Shown here piece after piece: positions 25,742 through 33,460 of a stretch of DNA of 41,925 nt (position 1 is the first letter of the stretch; the number at the start of each line of letters is the position of its first letter). The stretch comes from an uncultured Ruminococcus sp. (GTDB lineage Bacteria; Bacillota; Clostridia; Oscillospirales; CAG-272), in the NCBI GenBank assembly GCA_964474245.1, contig CAYYRY010000002.1, positions 2,340-44,264 on the forward strand, given 5' to 3'. The translations under genes and the position numbers were made by a program. Below the pieces are notes generated by a model. It did not search any database, was not told the DNA's origin, and saw only the letters and a program-made list of their open reading frames with translations.

Positions 25742-28700
25742 ATGTACCAGAAACTTTTGCTTAAAAATGATGGCGGTATCATTGATATTGCTCAGCAGTC
25801 CGAACAGGACAACTGTGCCGTTGTTTGTATCGGTCTCGGCGGTACCGGTGTAGACTGTCTTAAGACACTCAAGGCTAAGATCTATAACAGAGTACGTCCC
25901 GATGATCCCAATGCGGCTGTTCCCAAGTATTCTCACATTAAGTTCCTCGCTGTGGATACTGATAAGACCGGCTTGGAGAAGAGCAATGCGAAAGGCTCGG
26001 ATATCACAAAGATCAACATGGACAACGAGTTCTTTGATCTGTCCTATCCCGGAGATATCAGCAACTTCTTTAAGGCTAACGAAGGCGTTCTTGAGAACAG
26101 ACCCCATAACAAGGAATGGCTGAGACACCAGGATATCAACGTTCTTTCCGCGAAGGCAGGTGCGGGCGGTGTGCGTCAGCTCGGCAGATATCTGCTTATG
26201 GAAAAGGCCACAGACTTTGTATCCAAGGTAAGTAATCTTGTAAATCAGGCAAAGAGCGGTCTTACCAACCCCAAGACCTACATACACGTTTTCAGCGGCA
26301 TTTCCGGCGGTACCGGTGCCGGAACCTTCCTCGACGTATGCTATCTCATCCGTCAGGCACTGACCAACGATGATACAGACAGCTTCATTCTCGGCTACTT
26401 CTTCCTTCCCGACGTTAATATTGCAAACAATCTCGACAAGCAGACAGAGGCATACGTAAAGGTTAACGGATACGCTTCTCTCCAGGACCTTGACTACTGC
26501 ATGAACTTTGAGCGCAACGGTGACAAATGGTCACAGGTTTATAACGGTATCGGTCTTGTTGAAAGTCAGATGCCTCCCGTTGATATCTGCCATCTGATAA
26601 GCGCAAGAGATACAGCAGGTAACGTTATTCCCGGTGCATATAAGTATTCAATGAACGTTGTTACCGATTACTTTATGGACTTCGTTGTTAGGGTCAGCAA
26701 CAACTTCACCATGGAATCTCACATCGCCAACTATACAAATAAGAAGGCAATGATCAACAAGGAATTCGGTGCTACTTATGAGTACTGTGTTCTCGGTGCC
26801 TCCGCTGCGACCCTTCCCTTTAAGGAGGTTCTCACATACCTTGCTTCAGAGATGTTCGGCAAGTTCTCAGGTGTTCAGGACATAGTTCCCGGAAATGCAG
26901 GAACAGATGCATTTATCGCGGCAAACGGTCTTAAATATGACACTCTGTTTGCTCAGCTTGTACAGAGAGCCGATATGTCATTCCCCCTTCCCGACGTTAA
27001 GTGGGGTGACGCAAAGAATAACGACAACCTCACCGTTACGTACTTCACAGACCTTAAGGCAAAGGCTGAGGGTGTTATCGAGAGCAACTATTCAGCAATG
27101 ATCAAGGATATGGAAGGCTACGAGCCTACTGAAGGCAACGTTGATGCATCCAAATCCGTTATTACAAAAATCTATTCTGCACTCAGACTCGTTGCTGCAG
27201 ATCCTCAGAAGGGTCCCTTCTATGCGGCACACCTGCTCCGCAGCACCAGCACAAAGGACCTTATTGCCATTGTTGACGGATATATTGAAGAGGTACAGAA
27301 AAAGTATTCCCAGGAGAACATTCAGGAAGACAGACTCCGTCCCGAGTGGGAAGCATCCCAGACAGATTTCTTCAATAATGCAAGCTGGTTAAACGGCGGC
27401 GGAAAGTACGACAGATACCGCAACGCTACACGTAACCTTATCCTCCATTATACAAAGCTCACTGCATTCCAGAAGATGAAGGACTTCCTTGAAAGACTCC
27501 GCAAGCAGCTTGTAGACCTTGCCGATAACTTCATGGACGTTTTCAGAAACGTAATGAAATCCCTCATCGAAACCTTTGATGCAAACAAGCACTTCCTTGA
27601 GGAGCTTCCCGAAACAACCAACGGATATGAGTTCCCTCTTGCTACTATCAGTCAGCTTAAGGATACCCTTGACCTTACAATCAAGGAAATGGATATTTCC
27701 TCCAAGGCAACTGACTTCCTTAAGATGATGCTCAGCAAAGAAGGAGTCAAGGCTTGGATCAACAGCAATGAAAACGAGATCTACCGTGTAGTCAATAAGT
27801 ACTTCACAACTCTGTTTGCTGAGTACTCAAACAAGACAATGACAAGCTACCTCCAGGATAAGTATCACACCACCAATATGGATCAGCTTGTTATGGAGAT
27901 CCGCAATGACATTATGAATAAGCTTGACCAGAACGCAAATCCCATGTTCTGGACATCCACAGGTTACTCTATTTCAACAGCATCCCATATCGGATACGTA
28001 ACATTCCCCAACGTTTCTACTGAGGTTGATCTTGCTGCTCAGCAGCTTGCTGCATCCAAGCAGACAGGTGAGCTTACCGTAAGAAACAGCACTATTCAGG
28101 ACAGAATTTCCATTATGCGCTGTCTTGTCGGTGTTCCTCTGTTCGGTTATCAGGGTCTCCTTCAGTATGAGGACTCTTCAATCGGAAGCCCCATCATCGG
28201 TAAGCATCTCTATGAGGGTAAGCTCTATACAAACGATGAAGGTAAGAGCGCAACAGGACGTGACTGGAGATTCCTTCCCTCCCCCGTGCCGCTCAGCAAG
28301 ATGAACGCCAGCAACAACAAGGTACTCAGAGATAAGGCAGAAGCTGCTAAGGAAATTTATGAGCTTGCCGAAAAGAAGAATATCATAGCTCAAACTGCTC
28401 CTGATAACTACGGTATCTTTGTAATCAGCGCCGACTTTATGAAGAAGATATACGACGCACGTGATGCTGCTAACGGAAAGACCAAGGTTGAACAGCTTGA
28501 GGCTATCGCTGCAATTAAGGAGCTCATGGAAAGCATTGAGTACGAGCCTAAGAAGGTCGCTATCCCCAATGACGGTGCTACCTCACTTCCTGAGATGAAT
28601 AAGCGAATTATCAGAATCGACCACTTTGCATCATCAATCAAGCTTCAGGAAATGGTAAAAGCTGAAGTTGCAAAGTTCGAAGAGATCGACAAGATCATCG

Positions 28701-29137
28701 CTGAACTTGAGCCTAAGGAAGACAAGGATCTTGTCTCTTACCAGAACGGTATCTTTACCGGTGTTATCAAGATCACAGGTCCCGTAGTTAAGGTTGAAAA
28801 TGAATTCGGTGAGGAAACAGAGCTTTCCGCACCTGCTCATAAGCCTTGCGGTGCGATCCCGCTTTATCAGGCATTCCTCAACTTCAAGAAGCTTGACGCT
28901 GACACCCGCGCATACGTTGCGGAAGAGGCACAGAAGATTCTTGACGTATATCCTCTCAGCGACGATGCTGTAAAGGCGTGCAAGGTTGTATGGGCTCAGC
29001 TTAAGAACATTAAGCTGTTCGTTCAGACTGCTACAAAGATCTGTCCTCATGAGGTTGCAGACCTTAAGAAGTTCCTTCCTGAGCTTAAGGATGCACTTCA
29101 GGTATTTGGTATGACTTATTTTATTGACCTTGAATAA
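25742..29137 (+). CDS. Giant tubulin/FtsZ-like GTPase (Tubulin_2-type), 1131 aa
   Basis: AGGAG RBS. A T1-like loop CIGLGGTG lies at nt 25832-25849, and the tubulin signature SGGTGAG (within HVFSGISGGTGAGTFLDV) lies at nt 26306-26323. A long, mostly helical extension of about 800 aa follows. Confidence 0.8.
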   Translation: MYQKLLLKNDGGIIDIAQQSEQDNCAVVCIGLGGTGVDCLKTLKAKIYNRVRPDDPNAAVPKYSHIKFLAVDTDKTGLEKSNAKGSDITKINMDNEFFDLSYPGDISNFFKANEGVLENRPHNKEWLRHQDINVLSAKAGAGGVRQLGRYLLMEKATDFVSKVSNLVNQAKSGLTNPKTYIHVFSGISGGTGAGTFLDVCYLIRQALTNDDTDSFILGYFFLPDVNIANNLDKQTEAYVKVNGYASLQDLDYCMNFERNGDKWSQVYNGIGLVESQMPPVDICHLISARDTAGNVIPGAYKYSMNVVTDYFMDFVVRVSNNFTMESHIANYTNKKAMINKEFGATYEYCVLGASAATLPFKEVLTYLASEMFGKFSGVQDIVPGNAGTDAFIAANGLKYDTLFAQLVQRADMSFPLPDVKWGDAKNNDNLTVTYFTDLKAKAEGVIESNYSAMIKDMEGYEPTEGNVDASKSVITKIYSALRLVAADPQKGPFYAAHLLRSTSTKDLIAIVDGYIEEVQKKYSQENIQEDRLRPEWEASQTDFFNNASWLNGGGKYDRYRNATRNLILHYTKLTAFQKMKDFLERLRKQLVDLADNFMDVFRNVMKSLIETFDANKHFLEELPETTNGYEFPLATISQLKDTLDLTIKEMDISSKATDFLKMMLSKEGVKAWINSNENEIYRVVNKYFTTLFAEYSNKTMTSYLQDKYHTTNMDQLVMEIRNDIMNKLDQNANPMFWTSTGYSISTASHIGYVTFPNVSTEVDLAAQQLAASKQTGELTVRNSTIQDRISIMRCLVGVPLFGYQGLLQYEDSSIGSPIIGKHLYEGKLYTNDEGKSATGRDWRFLPSPVPLSKMNASNNKVLRDKAEAAKEIYELAEKKNIIAQTAPDNYGIFVISADFMKKIYDARDAANGKTKVEQLEAIAAIKELMESIEYEPKKVAIPNDGATSLPEMNKRIIRIDHFASSIKLQEMVKAEVAKFEEIDKIIAELEPKEDKDLVSYQNGIFTGVIKITGPVVKVENEFGEETELSAPAHKPCGAIPLYQAFLNFKKLDADTRAYVAEEAQKILDVYPLSDDAVKACKVVWAQLKNIKLFVQTATKICPHEVADLKKFLPELKDALQVFGMTYFIDLE

Positions 29138-29223
29138 ATCTTAGGGGTCACGTTCAATAATGTGCGCCTGTCGAGCATTTGTTGGATGTGACCCCGCACA
29201 TTTTATATTCTGAGGAGAAACTA

Positions 29224-31134
29224 ATGAAAACTGTAAAGGAATTAATTCATGCTTCTACCGCATTGCTTACAAATAACGGTATAGGAAGCTCTAATTATTC
29301 AAAGCCCAAATATCCTACCTGCGTTGTTTATTTCGGCAAGCGCAGTCAGCTTTATCATGATGAGCTGATCGGAGATGTTACCCGCGGTTGGGGCGGAAAC
29401 ACCGATTACGTAAAGTTTTATGTGATTGAGGATGTGGAAAGCAAGGTTCTGAAAAACGTACTTAGCGGAGAAGAGCTTTCCGATGAGGACGTCCGCGCGC
29501 AGATCACCGGACTGCTTTCTTCTCAGGATGTGTTCTCCGATATGAGATATGTGTCATTATACTGTGTTATGGATACCACGGATATCAAGGATGTTTCTGA
29601 ATTTGAAAAGTGGTATATGTCAGTGCAATACCTTGAGAAGCTCATAGGTGTTCCGACAACATCAATGCTGATGCTCATACTGAATCAGTCTCTGAATCTG
29701 GCTGAAAATGCGAAGCTTATCACGAAAAAACTCGGAGAGCTTTATGCTTCACCGGAGCTCGGCAGAGAAAATACACATATATATGACTCTGTATTTATTC
29801 TCAGTAACAGACTTAAGGACGGCTCCTTCAAAATATACGACCCGCAGATGGACGGCAACGCTTCTTCCACTCTTTCTTATAAGAACTTTAATCTGCTCGG
29901 CAACGTGATATTGCTCTCAAATACGAGGGATCCTGATTTTGATTCGAGAAAGCACAAGCTTTACGGGAACGATAAGCCTGCGGTCATTGCTTCATACCGT
30001 TATTTGCAGAAGCCTATGAAAGAGATCGTAATGATCGCACTGTCAAGTATCCTCGAGAAGCTTAAAGAGATGATCCTTACATATAATATTGATGCAGATA
30101 TACTTGGAAAGGCACTGAATATTACCTCAGGCCGTTCAAAGCTTCATGAGGAGATCTATACTTCGATCAAGGAGTATCTCCCCAATAATGATTTTATCAA
30201 TTATCTCCCCGGTAAGAGAGAGTCCGTCGGCAGTTTTGTTGACGTAGACCGTTCATCCTATGGATGTCTTCAGATGTTCATTGAGCAGAACCATCTGAAG
30301 ATCGTTAAAGAAAAGCTTGCATCAAACAAAGAATACGAGTACAGGACCATAGTATCCATGCTTTCAAGTAATCTTAATGCTGCTCAGCTTGTTAACGGAA
30401 TTCATGCAGACGTCAGAAAGACCACATACAGTAATGCAGAAATGGGTCTTGCCAACACTGACAGAATGAATGTTTTCCAGAGCATAGACATACAGGTAAA
30501 GCAGATGATCGCAGATGAGCTCAAGGTTCTGATAGACAAAGCCATATCTCAGTCGATTGATAAAGCAACTATGTGTATGGATGCATTCAGAGCACTGTGC
30601 GTTGAGTTCGAAAATGCATATGCGGTTGGAGAAGAAGGTACCCGCAGAAATCTGAAGAGCTTTTACGTTGATAAGATCAACAGATACTACAGTGATATCA
30701 ACAAGGTAAAGGCACTGCTTGTAAAGCTTCTTAACATTGATAACGGTAAGACGGAAATGCTTCAGGTATTAAACGACGAGCTTGTTCGTTTGTTTGAAAG
30801 CGATGCCGTATATAAGTATTCATATGCTCAGGAGCTTATGGCGCGTCTCGGAAGAGCAGGAAATGAACGTGAGATTCAGGAGCAGATCGCAAAGGAGCTT
30901 ATTGAAGGTCTTGAGAACCGCACCTGTTACTACACTAATTCCACGTATCACGGAAGAGTTATGGAAGCATATATGCTCAACACCTCCGATAATGAGGACA
31001 GCTTGACAGTTAAATACCTCAACGCCCGTTCCGATGAAGGTGGAATTACAAGAACGTTCTTTAACACCTGCAGCAACGATGCTGCTGAATCCATGTGGTT
31101 CTATCATTGTACACTTGATAACCTGTTAATGTAA
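29224..31134 (+). CDS. Unknown 636-aa protein, possibly a degenerate (nucleotide-loop-less) paralogue of the tubulin-like GTPase
   Basis: A GAGGAG RBS precedes the ATG at 29224; the track start at 29179 is a TTG inside a hairpin. The weak collinear resemblance is VVYFGKRS vs VVCIGLGGTG, LYCVMDTTD vs HVFSGISGGTG, and SVFILSNRLKDGS vs ICHLISARDTAGN. Confidence 0.55.
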   Translation: MKTVKELIHASTALLTNNGIGSSNYSKPKYPTCVVYFGKRSQLYHDELIGDVTRGWGGNTDYVKFYVIEDVESKVLKNVLSGEELSDEDVRAQITGLLSSQDVFSDMRYVSLYCVMDTTDIKDVSEFEKWYMSVQYLEKLIGVPTTSMLMLILNQSLNLAENAKLITKKLGELYASPELGRENTHIYDSVFILSNRLKDGSFKIYDPQMDGNASSTLSYKNFNLLGNVILLSNTRDPDFDSRKHKLYGNDKPAVIASYRYLQKPMKEIVMIALSSILEKLKEMILTYNIDADILGKALNITSGRSKLHEEIYTSIKEYLPNNDFINYLPGKRESVGSFVDVDRSSYGCLQMFIEQNHLKIVKEKLASNKEYEYRTIVSMLSSNLNAAQLVNGIHADVRKTTYSNAEMGLANTDRMNVFQSIDIQVKQMIADELKVLIDKAISQSIDKATMCMDAFRALCVEFENAYAVGEEGTRRNLKSFYVDKINRYYSDINKVKALLVKLLNIDNGKTEMLQVLNDELVRLFESDAVYKYSYAQELMARLGRAGNEREIQEQIAKELIEGLENRTCYYTNSTYHGRVMEAYMLNTSDNEDSLTVKYLNARSDEGGITRTFFNTCSNDAAESMWFYHCTLDNLLM

Positions 31135-31165
31135 TTGCAGAGCCGTAGGCTGAATGGAGATTGAT

Positions 31166-31819
31166 ATGATGAACGTAAAATTAGTTGATTTTGATAACGA
31201 ACATTACGTTGCAAGTGTTACTCATACCGAAGGTACACTTCAATGGAGATCAGCAGGTAATACTCATCAGATAATCATTCGCGGTGAGTTTGGTGCTGAT
31301 ATTAATTTCGGAGATAAAGAGAAGACGGTCCTTGAACAGTACACAAAGGAGCAGTTCGAAGCGGAAAGAGAGACCAATTATGCCGATGAGCTGCACCTTA
31401 CCATAGTAAAAAAAGGTACGTTTGTGGATAGTTATAACGTAACGGTAACCCCCGCTACGTATGCTGTAATCGGATGCAGCTATGAGCCCGAGACAAATAC
31501 CATTACAGTATATATTCCCACACAGGATTGCCTGTACCAGTGTAAAGTATTCTCACAGGTATCAGTAAGGATCACGCAGGAACCCATAAAGAAAAAGTTT
31601 CTCGGAATTTTCGGTAAGGATGAGAAGCCGTATTATACAATACATATTCCTCCGATCCCCGGATACGTTGACGGAAGTCTTAAGTATACTTTCGACGGCT
31701 GCAAGTATGAGTATCCTATAACCAAGGCAATGCTTGGTCAGAACGTAAGTGTTCCCGCATATAACGGTAAAGCTCCTAAGATAAATGTTTCGGAGAAGAA
31801 CGGCTATAAGATCATATAA
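31166..31819 (+). CDS. Unknown beta-rich 217-aa protein
   Basis: A GGAG lies 6 nt upstream of the ATG at 31166. The gene is tightly packed in the operon. No family was recognised. Confidence 0.55.
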   Translation: MMNVKLVDFDNEHYVASVTHTEGTLQWRSAGNTHQIIIRGEFGADINFGDKEKTVLEQYTKEQFEAERETNYADELHLTIVKKGTFVDSYNVTVTPATYAVIGCSYEPETNTITVYIPTQDCLYQCKVFSQVSVRITQEPIKKKFLGIFGKDEKPYYTIHIPPIPGYVDGSLKYTFDGCKYEYPITKAMLGQNVSVPAYNGKAPKINVSEKNGYKII

Positions 31820-31836
31820 GAAAGAGAGACAAAAAA

Positions 31837-33408
31837 ATGCCCGGAATAGAAATAACCTGCCCTTACTGTTTTTCTAAGTTCGCAGATGATGCAGTTCATT
31901 TCCGAATGGAAACAGTATTTTCTGAAGAAGACCTTGACCCTAAGGGTGAAGGCAGAGACCGTCAGGAAGTTGCAACTGACAGAAGATTTAAAAGCGAAGA
32001 AGTAAAAGCTCAGCTTGCTGAGTATGATCTCAGAGAAAAGTTCGTACCTCATAATGATGAGCCGTACGAAGAATTCTGGAAGACCTATAACGGTACTACA
32101 GAAAAGACGTCTGTCAGCCTTGACGGAAAAACAGCAAAGGTAATGCCTTACCACAGACCTGTGTTCAGCCCCAAATATCCTGATCACAGACAGTATTTCG
32201 GAAAGCCGAATAGTGATAGAGATGTAATAAATGAAAACGGCATGACATATGCTGCATATGACTGTTTCGGTAAGCAGACTCAGCGCAGAGTATGTCCCCA
32301 TTGTCATAATCCTCTGCCGGGTGCATACGGAAAGCATCCCGTGATGTTTATTTCCATAATCGGTATTACCCGTGCCGGTAAGACAGTATATCTGTCACAG
32401 CTTTGTAAATACATATCCCGTCAGCTTGCAGACTTCAATATTTCTGTAACACCTACCTCCATTTATGCAAGAGAATATCTTGAAGATAACCCTGTAGTTA
32501 TGGGCAAAGAGCTTCCCAAAGGTACTCCTAAGGAGCAGCTTCTCCAGCCTCTTTGCTTCGACTTATCATACACCAAAAACGGAATAAATGAGAACAGAAC
32601 TGTCGTATTCTACGATATTGCCGGTGAGAACTGTGATGACATTGCTCTCGAAAAGATCCATAGCTTCGGTCCCTTTATTGAGCACTCCGACGGTATTATC
32701 CTCCTTATCGACCCCGAACAGTTCAAGACCTCAAGTGAGGCAGGAGAACCTACTAAGGTTCTTGATACCATCCACGCATTGTTTGCAAACAAGTCCTCTG
32801 AAGCTGTAAGAAAGCTTCCTCTTGCGATATGCGTATCCAAGGGTGACAAGGTTGCAAACGAAATGATCGGTTCTCCTCTTTACGACGTAGAGAGAATAAT
32901 GGACAGAAACGGCGAGTATGTGACCAAGTTCAATGCACAGAGCTATAACGTCATTCATGACGGAATGAAGCGATTCGTTCAGAATATTGCCAACCCTCTT
33001 TCGGTTACACTCAATACCAAATACGATAACTTCAATTACTTCATCATGTCTGCTATCGGTACCGATACAAAGAAGCTCGAAGGCACCAACCTTGATACTC
33101 CTGCAGGTCCCGTAGTACCTAAGAGAATAATCGAGCCTCTTGTATGGATGCTTCATAAATTTGATTTTATCGGCTGTGAAGGAGAGCTTCATGAGCCTAA
33201 GGACTGGATCTGTGACTGCGACGGTACTAAGCACCGTATCCGTGTAAACCAGTACTGCCCTGTATGTAAGCTGAACAAGGAGAGGACCTGGAAGTGCCCC
33301 GGATGTAAAACTGAAGGTCAAACAGGTGAATGGTGTAATCAGAAGGGCTGTAAGTACAACCGTTTCGGCAAAAAAAGAACTATTTGGGATTCGTTTAAGA
33401 AAAAATAA
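31837..33408 (+). CDS. Zn-ribbon-flanked P-loop GTPase (TRAFAC-like G1/G3/G4 motifs)
   Basis: CPYC (aa 8-11) and CPHC (aa 153-156) lie upstream. G1 GITRAGKT is at nt 32362-32385, G3 DIAG at nt 32614-32625 and G4-like SKGD at nt 32836-32847. The C-terminus is Cys-rich (CDCD...CPVC...CPGC...C..KGC). Confidence 0.75.
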   Translation: MPGIEITCPYCFSKFADDAVHFRMETVFSEEDLDPKGEGRDRQEVATDRRFKSEEVKAQLAEYDLREKFVPHNDEPYEEFWKTYNGTTEKTSVSLDGKTAKVMPYHRPVFSPKYPDHRQYFGKPNSDRDVINENGMTYAAYDCFGKQTQRRVCPHCHNPLPGAYGKHPVMFISIIGITRAGKTVYLSQLCKYISRQLADFNISVTPTSIYAREYLEDNPVVMGKELPKGTPKEQLLQPLCFDLSYTKNGINENRTVVFYDIAGENCDDIALEKIHSFGPFIEHSDGIILLIDPEQFKTSSEAGEPTKVLDTIHALFANKSSEAVRKLPLAICVSKGDKVANEMIGSPLYDVERIMDRNGEYVTKFNAQSYNVIHDGMKRFVQNIANPLSVTLNTKYDNFNYFIMSAIGTDTKKLEGTNLDTPAGPVVPKRIIEPLVWMLHKFDFIGCEGELHEPKDWICDCDGTKHRIRVNQYCPVCKLNKERTWKCPGCKTEGQTGEWCNQKGCKYNRFGKKRTIWDSFKKK

Positions 33409-33460
33409 ACCGAAGCATCGATTTTAATTATTAACTATATTACAGGAAAGGATAATTAGA

